Below, one piece after another: positions 1 to 11,243 of a stretch of DNA of 64,000 nt. Source of the stretch: Guillardia theta CCMP2712 (taxonomy: Eukaryota > Protista > Cryptophyta); contig NW_005434670.1 in the NCBI RefSeq assembly GCF_000315625.1, forward strand, positions 682,016 to 746,015, in the 5' to 3' direction. Position 1 is the stretch's first letter, and each line of letters starts with the position of its first letter. The notes beneath the pieces were generated by a model. It was not told the origin of the DNA. It ran no database searches and was given only the letters and a program-made list of their open reading frames with translations. The position numbers and the translations under genes were made by a program.

Positions 1-3000
1 TTGCCAGCAGTACAGTTGGATGCAGGAATGATTGGATAGGGAGCGATCGTGCAGCAACACCTGGCTGATGTCCCAGACATACACTTGTCCGTGTTCGGTA
101 GCGGTGAAGAGGAAGCTGTCAGTGGGGTCAACCTGCATGGCGAGCACTCCAGATCCTTGTTTGCTGGCTCGAAATGTGACATGTAGAGGATCTTTGAGCT
201 GAGGATCCAACACGTGGACGTTCCCAGCAGAATCTCCCAGCAGACACAGGTTGTTGCTCTTGTTCAGCTTCTGCGAAGAGATAAACTTGAGGTCGTAAGA
301 GAAGCACCTGTCACTCTCTGGCTCCAAGAAAATTGACTCCCTTGACGGGTCCCAGATGACAACCTGTCCGTCCCTTCGAGCAGCGACCTGCATGCCGCCA
401 TCAACAGTGATGCAACTTGACCAGATTTTTTCTCTGCTCACCACACTCAGATGTTCATCACTGCCGACCACCGCTAGACAAGTTTGAGGAGATGTGGAGA
501 AATTTATTCCGAGCAACCTCGGCATGTCGATGATTCTTGTCTGGAAGAGAAGCGTCAGGAGAGCAGCAGGAGCCCCGCAAGGCTCTCACAGGCTTCACGT
601 CTCGCTCGTAGGGTGATGGCATCCATTGAACGAAGTAACCCCCCCCGAAGCACGCGATCACTGACCGGAACCGCTTGTGCCGTCTGGTGATCTCCATGTC
701 ATGGATGGAGTTGACGCAGGTGCAGGAGTCTGAGATCAAGTTGTTCACGAGCGACCCGTTGCTGAAGTTGTAGAGCTGAACTGAGCCCTGCGACCATCCG
801 ACCATGAGGCGGCGGGAGGAGATGTCGAACGATCCGAACGCAACGGAAGGTTCTTCTATAGTCTCTTGAACAGACTCGCACATGAACTTAAAAGACTGCA
901 GGCCTGTATCACAGTGCCATATGCTGACAAACCCTGTCTTGTCTACGGTCAAGAGGAGATCAAAGTGATCGTTGTACAGAAGCACCACCACATCTGCCTC
1001 GTGCGCTATCACTTTCTCTGATTCGCGCCGCAAATCCAGCGGCTTCACCCCATGAACTTTGATGTGATTGGTCGCGGTCACGAGGTGCATCTGCCCGGGG
1101 GGAACAAGGATACGACCGACCTTGTGGTTGATATCTGCGGGACTCTGATGGAGAGGATCGACCCGCGTGACTGGCGTCCTGCTGGCGATGTCCCATGCCA
1201 CTATCAACCCCGAGCTGTCGAGGGAGAAGAGCACGTCTCGCACCTCGTGGAAGGCAAGGTCCACCAACCCGGCATTGTGGCCGAGCAGCTCCCCGCACAG
1301 CAGGTGCTTGCCGTCTCCGCTCACGTTGGGTCGCCACAGGTGGATGGTTCTCTCCAGACCTGCGCTAGCAAGCACGTTGTTGTGTCTCCCGCACCATTCC
1401 AGGCACTTGACGGCCGAGGGATGCCGCTGGTACGGCGACAAGAGCGTCATCGAGTCAAGAGAAGCCACTGCTATGGCGCCAGAGGAACCGGCGACAAGAC
1501 AGACGCCCATGATACCCACGTCAGGCACAAACTTGACGGTGTTGCACCAAACTTCTCGTTCCCTCTCACTAGACGGGAAAACTTTGAGGCTCCTGTAGTT
1601 CACCAGCGAGTCAGAGAAGACATGAACAATATCCTGCTGGGATCTGTACGCCATGATATCATCTTCCGCTACCACATGAATGCTTCCATTGCTGTCTCCC
1701 CACACAAACCATCCTTCATGCTGCTTCTTCCCCTCGGCATTGACGTTGTCTGACCCTTCTCTTGACGGCAACAAGAAGGAAGTCAGCGCTGTCGGCCACT
1801 TGTTCTCGCACTCGAAGGTCAGAAAGTGCTTGAGCGTCGACGCGTCGTAGAGGCGAATCCTGAAGTCATCCAAGCCGATGGCGATGACGGGATGCTTCGA
1901 GAACGCCTGCCGACTGTCACATGCGGCAACGGAACCACGAGGCTGACCGTCATCGACAAGATCGTGTTGGTGCCAGAGATGCTGTCGGTCTGTCGAGAAA
2001 GCTTGGAAGACAAGGCGCTGTGGTTGAAGTTTGATGTCCGGACCTGCAGCACTCCGGCCTTGCACACAGACGCGAACATGGACAGTTGTTGTATGAACAT
2101 GAGACCAATCACTTCATCGGGATGATGAAACGCGAGGTCAAGATCCTTGAAGCATGAGCATCATGACAATCACAGGAAAGCTCTCAGCACCTCTTCGACG
2201 CTTCCATCGAAGACAGCATCGCCCTTGGCTGGGGCACTCTCTTTCATTTGCATGTCCAAGACGAAATCAGCAAATTCATCCCTGCCATGTATCGTATCAC
2301 CAAGAAGCATTCCAGATCAACACACAACCATGTCATCACTTCATCGCAATTGATGTCAATCTTGTTGAATAACAATTCAAGCTCCTTGAGAGGAAGCCTC
2401 AACACAGGAGCAAAAATCTGTAATCGTTTCAACTCTACCACCTTAGCTCAGTTGTACATACGATACCTTGACAAACTGATCTTTGTTGATGCCGGCCTGC
2501 GCTTTCGTGTTGAAGAGTGAAACTTCTCTGAACGTCTGCTGGAAAGGTAAAGAGACAACACTGACATCCCTCCCTGAGACTGACAGACCTCACTGAGAAC
2601 CTTCATGTCTTCAACCGACAACTCAGTTAGGCTTCTTGCATCAGCGACTACTGAGTTTCTCTTTTTCCGGCGCATGTCTGAACGTCTTTTGGAGAGCGAC
2701 GGGGAAGCAACGCCGAAGACAAACTCTGAGGACAGACATCAGAGAAATCTTATCGCACTCCCGTCTCGTACCGTTCAAGCTCATTCCTCCTGCCTTCATG
2801 ATGATCATTTCGATTGCGCTGGCGAATTCATATTGTGAAAGTTCCTGCACATTCACAAGAAAGCATCACTGAATGGAATCATGACAGCAGTTGACTGACC
2901 TTAGAATCAAAGTCTGAAACAGCAGAATCATTGTTGACATACTTGAACACCTTGATCGCAGTCCTTTTGTCCAACGTGGAAGGGAGCAGCTTTGAATCGT

Positions 3001-3600
3001 CGAGGACATTGAGAAATTCTCTTTGGTTCATGCTTCTACGGGACTTTGACCTGTGAGATTTCTCAGTCTCACTGCTATTCAACAATCTATTCTCGTCTTG
3101 TTGCCATCTGAACTCGAAAGCATTCTCACCCGCTGTCTGCTTTTTGTGAGGAATATGCAGCATAAATCTTGTTGATGACTTCATGTGCAAACGCCTCATC
3201 CAATGAAGCAACGCTGTTGGAACCAGCATTCTTGCTTTGAGAGAGAATTTCCTGCCGTGAGGATATGTCAGATGCCGAGTCTCCAGCAAGGAGTGAGGTC
3301 AACCTGAGAAAGATAGTTGTAGTCTTCCACTGCCTGCTTCGCAAACAGTTGGAAATTGGAGATGACTTGACCTAGTTCAGGTCTTCCGAGTCTTGCGATT
3401 GAGATTTCCATCCTTATCTCGTCAGTTCGTCATCTCATGGCCTGCAGATATCGGCTGTCGGCTCATCGTTCATACTGTGGACGAGGCTGCGAGCCCAGTG
3501 GGCGGGAGGAGAGGTCAGAGCAAACAGACTCTCTCGCATCTCTTTGCTTGTTCTCAGTCACTGTTACTTGTCGATCTTTGTTTGCAGCATGACTGACCAT
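1..3600 (-). CDS. Multi-exon EF-hand-like + WD40 repeat protein (WDR49/WDR64-like architecture); runs off the window start
   Basis: ORF 458..2065 has WD40 repeats (HPSAVKCLEW..LASAGLERTIHLW; GHNAGLVDLAF..LIVAWD; AHEADVVVL..GFVSIW). Upstream exons carry EF-hand-like segments (ELELLFNKIDINCDEVMTW; SMNQREFLNVLDDSKLL). More WD-type sequence lies in 1..400. The 5' end is uncertain. Confidence 0.75.
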
Positions 3601-4206
3601 GCTCCTGCTAGCCGCCATGCCCCCCCGCGGCTGTCGCTCCATCGGTCACGCATGCCCATGTAAGTACCTGATGTTCATGGAACCCATTTTACACTACCAC
3701 CCCTACTTTTCCCCTTATAATAACCCACCCCTGGTCTCCCCCCAACCAACTGCCCAGAGGACTCCGATGGTCAAACGTGATCGCCGGAGATCGACGCGGG
3801 ATGAGAGACTGGTGTTGTTCTCCACGACAGCAGTCGACTGTTGTCAGACAGTTCAGGTAACGTCTAAGGATGTGAATTGAAATGCTGTCGAGGCACTGAC
3901 GATCTTCGTGACGATACAGAGTGACATCGTCCTCCACCTCTCGTAGCAGCCGCAGTGCTCACAATCAGGAAATTTGAGGTTGTCACATTTACTTTCATAA
4001 AAGAGCTAAGTCAAAGGAGCTGGTGGGATTGTGATGAGTTATGGAAGTAGAAGCGATCAAAGGAGCGACACTCTGATCCAGCAGGGCTAACAACAACCGA
4101 GTTCTCTGTTTGCTGCGACATATCCTGTGGGCAGGCAAGGCTGTCCTCCTTGTCACACCATACCTCTCATCTCTTCTGAATCCCTCTCGCCCCGCATGTC
4201 CATAAC

Positions 4207-5715
4207 TCAGGCCTGCTGTTTCTTTGCCTGCTCATCTTGTCAGATCCACATCAACTTCCTGCCGGACAACCAACCCTGATCATGCCGTAGGTCATCAAGC
4301 CGCTGTCAAAGGCTCTGTGCATTCTCTCTATAACAAAAACCAATCACGGATCTTATCTCAGCAGTCATGTTGCTTTCATACCAAGAGTCACGATCTCACG
4401 GATCACCTTCCACCAGATCCAGGGCCCAACTTTGCTGGTGAAACCTGTTTCAACGTCAGGGCGGCCGGTACGGACTTGGCCTCCTACCCTTCCAGATGAC
4501 AATCCAGGGGTCCCAGATGCCAACCCAGATTGAGTGCCGCCAAGCATGGATGGTCTCCTACAAGCTCATCTGTCAGACCTCCCCAGTAGAAATCTGAAGC
4601 TGCGTACCTTGACCCAGTTTGCGCCGCTGATGGCCTCAAGCTTGCCGGTCTTCTTGCAGTGCCTCTCGTACTCCTCGATAGAGATGAAGTATGGATGCGC
4701 CCACTCCTCATACAGGAATTTCAACTTGTCCTTTTCACTCTCAGTGAACTCTGGAGGAGTTTCACGTTGGCACCAGGTCGCTATCACAAGAGTCCCGCCG
4801 GGCTTCAGCACCCTCGTCATCTCCTCGACGTACTTGTACCTGACACGCACGAGTCATACCATTGAATGCTTTCACATGATGGCTCTACTTGTCCGGCATG
4901 TGTTCACCAGATTCACATCCCCACACAAGGTCGAAAGTGTTGTCAGGAAACTCCATCTTGAGAGCATCCATCACTTTGAACTCAACGTTGTCAAGGCCCT
5001 TCTCCTTGGCAAGCTCGGTAGCTCGTTGAACCTGATTGGGGGACAGAGTGATTCCCGTGACTTTGGTGTCTCCTCCCAGTTTCTTTGCGAGATATCTTGA
5101 GGTTCCTCCGATGCCGCACCCAACGTCGAGCACCTTCAAGGGCTTGTTGCCACCAGCTTCAGCTCCACTCCACTTGTACATCTCATCTATGAACTTGTAC
5201 TTGGTCTCCTTAAACACAGCCGAGCTCTTGATAGGGTTTTTGATGTTCTGAATGTCTGATTTGTTGTAAAAGCCGAGATGAATGTGCTCACCCCAGTAGT
5301 ACTCCAAGATCCCCTCCTCGGTCCAAGCATCGTACTCCTTCCCGACGGTATTCTCTCCAGCTTGATACGCCCTACTCGGTTTGTTCAAAAGAAAAGCAGC
5401 AACAGACATTGCCAAGATGCAAGCTCCAGCCAAGACGACCACAGGGTTCACAGGCATTGACAGTGCGCCGACACTCGCAAGGCTTGTAAGAGCGTTGCTC
5501 GCCAAGCCCATCTTCACCGATACATGTTCCTTTCTTGCACTCGCAGTCTGGAGGGGAAGGCGATGAATACCATGAGGCTGCACAGTGCTAGACCTCTGCA
5601 CTATTGGACCGGTTCCTCTCAGTGGGAGAGACGACAAGGTGAAGCCATTCCCAGGCACAACGACTCCGCTGAACATGGCAGAGAAGCACAGGTATGCTAC
5701 ACACGATCGCGGCAT
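4207..5715 (-). CDS. Plastid-targeted cyanobacterial-type MPBQ/MSBQ methyltransferase (tocopherol/plastoquinone synthesis)
   Basis: EYDAWTEEGILEYYWGEHIHLGFY, SAM motif VLDVGCGIGG, CESGEHMPDK, RVLKPGG, EEWAHPYF. ATG at 5715 starts a signal peptide ending GNG-F, followed by a transit peptide. About 5 short introns; probable stop at 4207. Confidence 0.88.
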
Positions 5716-6736
5716 CTCCAGGATCTTGAGGAACTTTGTTTCTATAACTGACCAGGCAGCCTTCTTCTCAATCACAAGTTTCTCTTCCCTCTACTCGTCG
5801 CTCCTGCGCATGTCGCTCCCCTCGCGCGTTTAGCTCTTTCCCTCACTGCCCGCTTATATGTACAGGGTCTCTCGAGGGTTTTGAAGAAATAACAAGCTCG
5901 CCTCAGGTGATTTATTAGGGAACGAGAAGAGACAGAAGTGAAGTCCGGAAGTTCAGGTGCCGCACCGGTTTCCGGGTTCACCTCAGGCTAGTTTTGATAC
6001 CACCCAGCTGTCTACGGTCATGAGGACCGGTGGAGGAGCTTACATCAGTAAAATTCTGATGGGGTAGTCGGTATTGTCCAAAGGGGGTACTCAATTCTAC
6101 TTGGGGAAATGAATGGAATATAAGGGGGTGAAGCAACGGAAAATATTGGGTAGCCCACCCCACCCCACCCTTCAATTACCTCCCTGTGCGTTTCCCACCC
6201 CCTCCCGGCTCCCCCGATCCTTTGAGTGTATTGGGAAAGTTTGCAGTCTACAGAGAGGGTCAGGGTACTTGATTTTATTGGACAACCCCCCTATATCATA
6301 TGAATTTACACGGGTGTTTGTTAGAGGTGAGGGGTCATTGAAGAGCCCCGCTGTCCAGGGTGGGTGGAGTCGTAAAACCATGGAGGCTGGCCCTCAGTGG
6401 AAGTGAACGAGGAAGAGCAGAGAGAGAGAGATAGAGAGGGGGGCAGAGGAGAAGCAGATGCAAGAGAATACGAGGGAGAGACAAGGCAAGACAAGGCGAG
6501 ACACGACGAGACCAATGCGGTGTAAGGAGGCCAGGAGCCAGTAAGTGGTGAATGCCGCGTGCGGGACCCTAAGAAAATTAAGGATCAGAAGCAGGTCCAG
6601 GGCGGCCTCTACGGATCAACCCAGCATCCAAGCCATCAGTCGCGAATAGCGACATATTCATTAGTCGCGAATACCCGGGCAGAATCTACTCTCACATTGA
6701 ATACCCAGTTCTAGAGGAAAGAGGTGGTTGCCAGCT

Positions 6737-8176
6737 ATGTTATTTTTTCAGGGGAGCGAGTGTTTTCTCGTCTTCCTGGTGCTGATGGGATTATTGAAAT
6801 ATGTCTCGCCATTCTCTGGAAATGGATGTTTGATGAGCATGTGGAGTGGTTCAGAGCATAGAATCCCAGCTCATCTCCTTCAGCCAAAGGGCAGAGGTTC
6901 AATGTCTAACTGTGCCCACCCTTCGAGGGGCACTCGATCTAGTGTACGGATGAACAACGAGGAACATCAGCCAAGACGCAACGAGATAAAGTTCGATGCA
7001 GCGGCAAGATACAGGAAGGCCTTTCCTCTTGGGGTAAACAATGTTCTGGACCAGGTCCGAGAATCATTAAACCTGGCTCTCGACGACGGCCTTTTCCGGC
7101 TCAGAGTCCAACTAAATATCCATCAGTTCGATCAAAGGCTGCAATCATTTTCTGACGGCAAGATGCCAGAGCTGGTTGCGATGATCGGGGAGCTGTTGGT
7201 TGAGAGGGGAATGAGACCGAGCATTATGTTCAACACGATCATGGATGCATCGATCGCACGAACAGTCCTCCCAGATCATCTGCGAGAAAAGGTTTCGATC
7301 AACGTGCTGGGGCTGGGAGAGTTTGGGGAAGAATACGATGCAGCGGTGTTGGTTGCCCCAAGTAACGAGGGCAATGAGAACCTCCAGAGGATCGAGGCAG
7401 TGGAGAAACTGATATATTCAGGTCCTCCTAGGGGACTGGTATCCCGGTCAGCAAGGGCAAAGTACATGCAAAGACCGATCATCCTGATCAACCCCGTGCT
7501 TGAAGCCATCCACTCCCTGTCTACTCCGCATGTAATGCTGACTTTGTTTGTGTCTCAATTGTTGACTTCGACCATCACCAGAGCAAAGTGCCGCCCATGT
7601 TCATGAGTGACTTTGATGTCGTGTACTTCTTGCAGGTTAGTATCCGATGTGATCACGTGTTATGTGATTGAGATTGTATCTACAGTTACAGGCTTCAATG
7701 GTCCGCGTTCGCATTGGAAATGCAGGTGAATCAGTGTTCACACCGTGTGGCTCGTGAGCTTTGATGTAATGAGCGAATCACTGTCATCAAGTGTGCACTC
7801 GCTGCAAAGATGCATGTTAGTGGGTGTTATATGATGTGACAAGGGGGACTGTGAGCATTCAAGTCAAAATCTAATCTTGTTTCGAAAAAAGCCATTTTCA
7901 GAGCGTATCCTTCTCAATGGCAGGTTGAAATTTTTCGGTCTATTCCATCATGTTGAAATTTTGCAGCTCTGGATTGAAGCCAATGATGGACAAGAGCGAG
8001 GTGTCAGTCAAAGAAGGCCATGGAGAGGATTCCGCTTGATCTGGTGATTCCCATGGGATGATCCAAGCGTTTCTAACTTGACGCACCACAGGGAGAAGCC
8101 AAACTCCTTATCTTCACAAGACGCTGCTTTGTTGGACGATCTAAGGGACTGCCTCCATCAAAGATGGCAACCTTAG
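6737..8176 (+). CDS. Plastid-targeted DUF1995-domain protein
   Basis: Signal peptide + VSP-F; QVRESLNLALDDGLFRLRVQL, RPIILINPVLE; later exons FDVVYFLQ and RAYPSQWQ(LW) fit DUF1995; stop TAG at 8174-8176. Confidence 0.7.
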
Positions 8177-8340
8177 GCTGTCTTGATCATGAGCCTGTTT
8201 TTATTCTTTTCTAGCGATGTATAGACTTATTTCATGAACCGCGTGAATGGTTCTCCTTCTAATATGTAGCTGGTCGCCCAAATCTGGGCCAAATAACAAC
8301 AAATTTCTATCAAGCACTGGGGCCTGGTGTCCCAACGACC

Positions 8341-9018
8341 TTAGGCAGGTAGCTGACTCGCAATTGACATTGCGCGGAAGTACTCCATGCACAGGGAGTG
8401 ATCCTTGAAATGCAGACAGATGCTGTCGTTGGTCTCCCTTGAGGACAAGACGATGCATCCCTCGTCAGCACTCTTCACACGAACAAACGTCTCGGGCAGA
8501 TGCAACAAAGCGATTTGCCGGGACATATCCTCTGATTCAAGAAGAAGATCGCTCATAGACTTCATCCTACAGACAACTTGCATCCCTTGTTTGTCATCCA
8601 CGTGTGCTCTCAAGGTCACCATACATGCTTCAAGGAAATGGCGGTGAGAGGGGCTTTTTGCATGGTGGCTTTCTTTATGCCCCTGCTGAAGTTGATTGCT
8701 TGCACCGTGACCAAGCTGTCCATGACGACTTGCGCCATGCATATTCTGGTTGTGATGTTTGTGACTGTTCCTTTCGGAAGAAGAGCGCGGACTTTGAGAT
8801 GTATCAGGATTGTGTTTGCTGTTGCCGTCGACGACGGAGGTCGGAGACTCAGACTGAAGCTGAAGCGGTCGTTTCTTCTCAGATGACGCAGTTGGAGATT
8901 GATAGCTTAGAAAACTATTCTGAAGTTCTGCTTGCAGCGAATTCCGACCTTTTGAAGATGAAAAGTTTGGATTGGATAGGTTTGCTACCTCGACACTGAG
9001 GTTTCGATGGTATCCCAT
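8341..9018 (-). CDS. Hypothetical protein: low-complexity S/H-rich N-terminus and possible PH-like C-terminal domain
   Basis: Intact 225-aa ATG ORF. The C-terminal ~90 aa have alternating beta strands and a terminal helix (ICLHFKDHSLCMEYFRAM). Confidence 0.5.
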   Translation of the reverse strand: MGYHRNLSVEVANLSNPNFSSSKGRNSLQAELQNSFLSYQSPTASSEKKRPLQLQSESPTSVVDGNSKHNPDTSQSPRSSSERNSHKHHNQNMHGASRHGQLGHGASNQLQQGHKESHHAKSPSHRHFLEACMVTLRAHVDDKQGMQVVCRMKSMSDLLLESEDMSRQIALLHLPETFVRVKSADEGCIVLSSRETNDSICLHFKDHSLCMEYFRAMSIASQLPA

Positions 9019-9342
9019 ATCTTGATGGAGTCAAAGTGGAGCGAGCAAGGGCAAGAAAAAGTCGAGCGGTGGGAGAGAGCAAGGCGGATGGAGTCGAGGG
9101 AAGGGACGGACAGGATAAAAAGTGGCAGGGAGGAGGACGACATGGAGCAAACGTGGAGTCGTATGGAGGTCAAGTGAAGAGGACGGGAAGCATGTAGTAA
9201 AAACTTCATGGTACCCCAATGAACCAGTTGCAAAGCACGGGTACCCGAAATACTGGGCATATTTCAAACACGTCGTTTCGTCCAATGTGACTGCATCTAA
9301 AACTACTTGTAAACTTCTTCAGTACTTCTGCTCTCTTGGCTT

Positions 9343-9470
9343 TGACTAAAACTTTTAGTCACACGTTTAACACAGACGTTAAGGTTGCGGCCGCCGACTT
9401 GCCGGTCACACGGCCGGCCGGCTGATCACTGGCCGGGCGGGCCGAGCCTGATGAGTAAAACTTGGTATGG
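9343..9470. promoter_or_regulatory. GC-rich intergenic island with hairpin GACTAAAA-C-TTTTAGTC and a TGAGTAAAACTT motif
   Basis: Lies between divergent genes and shares motifs with islands at 29.2, 53.4 and 56.1 kb. Confidence 0.4.
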
Positions 9471-9515
9471 GCTAGCGCGCGGAGAAAGATGTGCGAGTGG
9501 TCGATGAAGGAGGAG

Positions 9516-9627
9516 AGGAGGAGGAGGAGGAGGAGGAGGAGGAGTATGACGACGAAGAGGAAGAGGAAGAGGAAGAGGAAGAGGAAGAGGAAGAGGAAGA
9601 GGAAGAGGAAGAGGAAGAGGAAGAGGG
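9516..9627. repeat. (GAG)n / (GAGGAA)n microsatellite
   Basis: Directly visible tandem purine repeat. Confidence 0.95.
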
Positions 9628-9905
9628 CAGACGAGGAGAGACGGGGTGCGGGGGGATGAAGAAGGGAAGGAGTTGAGGTGGTAGTACAGAGAAAGAAGAA
9701 CATTATGTGACTAGCTGGATTGAACGCACTTCTACTTCCTGCCATACAGGAGAGGGTTTGATTTCAACCTGAGACTCTGGTCAGAGCCTGAGGTGCTTGT
9801 ATAAATGGGCAGAAGAGAGGAGGAGTTGCATTGGATGGATTGTACTGGATTGACACACCTCCTCATCAGCCTGAGATGCAATTCCAACGCTGATGCTTCC
9901 ACAGG

Positions 9906-10711
9906 ATGCTCAACTGGAACAAGATGAACCCTGCCAACGCCGCACAGATTCCTCCCATGCAGTTTACAAGACCTGCTGCAGTGCCGCCAGGGATGCCATC
10001 CATGCCTTATACGCCGAACCAAGCTGTTGGGGCCACGATAAATCAGTCAGATCCATCCTTGCAGGACAACAGTCTACCTTACAAGGTGAAAGTTGTCAGA
10101 ATATCCTGCCTGCTGACTGCCTCTCAGATCAATACGCTGACTCAAGTCGAGGGGATCTTGAAAAGGAAGCTGGAGAGGTAAGGCACTGCCCTCGCAGCCG
10201 ACTTGTTGAGGCTTGAGGTGGCAGGATGGAGGAGAGGCTTGAAGCAGCAAGGCTGAAGCGTTCAAAGATCTTGGATCATCTCCTCACGTTGGAGGGCTAC
10301 TGGTCTGGCCCTCCCTCGAGCCACGAGTGCTCGGCTGAGAGCGGAGACGAGCAGCAGGAGGCGGAGGTGCTGCAGAGGAGGAGCGCTCTGAAACTCAAGG
10401 GGAAGATAGCTGCGGGAGGGATGATGATGCATGGCAGGCTAGATTTTGCTTCTCCCCCGATTCTCGCGAGCCCAGGGGGCCAGGCGCTCACCCCCAATAA
10501 GATACCGGCGATGTCCCTTGGCAGGGTTGGCCCGGGTGCCGTCAGCCCGGCAGGAGCGGGGAGGGCGGCGATGCACCTTGCACCTATAGCAGCGATGCAC
10601 CGGCCTGCTCCTCCTCCTCAGGAGGGTCCTAGTGGAGGAAGCCAGCAGTTGCTGTCGGAGGATGCGGCTATCATCGCAATGCTGAGCAAGGCGACCCACC
10701 CACAAAACTGA
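9906..10711 (+). CDS. Hypothetical P/M-rich protein with a coiled coil resembling the INO80E/TFPT N-terminus
   Basis: Splicing two short GT-AG introns gives YK-INTLTQVEGILKRKLER-MEERLEAARLKRSKILDHLLTLEG followed by an S/E-rich stretch. The start is uncertain. Confidence 0.55.
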
Positions 10712-11169
10712 TGGTGAGGCGACAAGCAGATTGAAGAGGGGGAGGGGGAGAAGCAGGCGAGAGTGAAGAGGAGAAGGAAGCGAAGTGGAAGAAAGCAAGA
10801 CGAGGAGAATTGAAGAGGGACAAGAGGTTCCTTGTTGTAAATACAAATGCCGAATGCGAAAACTTTGGATCTGAAAAACAGGATGGGAGGGCGAGGAAGG
10901 GAGGAAGGAGGAGGACGAAGCTTGCGTCTGAAAGAATAACATGACAAACGCGTCAAGATACGCAGGGACAGAGGCGGGAGGTAGATTGATGCTTCGCCTC
11001 GCACCTGCCGCGCGTTAGAGAGGAAGAATGCCGTGGGGGCAAAAGGATGTCAGAGGGGAGGATGAGAGGAGGAGAAGGAGGGGGAGGGGTCAAGTAAAAG
11101 CAGAAGTAGAAGGGAGGGGGAGGAGGAAGAGGGGGAGGGGGAGGGGGAGGAGGAAGAGAAGGAGGAGGA

Positions 11170-11242
11170 AGAGGTGGTGGTGGTGGTGGTGGTGGTGGTG
11201 GTGGTGGTGGTTGTGGAGAACGAGGAGGAGGAGGAGGAGGAG
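11170..11242. repeat. (GTG)n and (GAG)n microsatellites
   Basis: Directly visible. Confidence 0.9.
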
Positions 11243-11243
11243 G

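Noticed and set aside
3768-4200. Small plus-strand spliced gene
   Set aside because: Splice-like signals exist but give only a ~40-aa ORF with no recognisable features.
4885-5775. Gamma-tocopherol or sterol methyltransferase call
   Set aside because: The YDxWTEEGILEYYWGEHIHLG motif and preceding TM segment fit the Sll0418-type MPBQ/MSBQ enzyme better.
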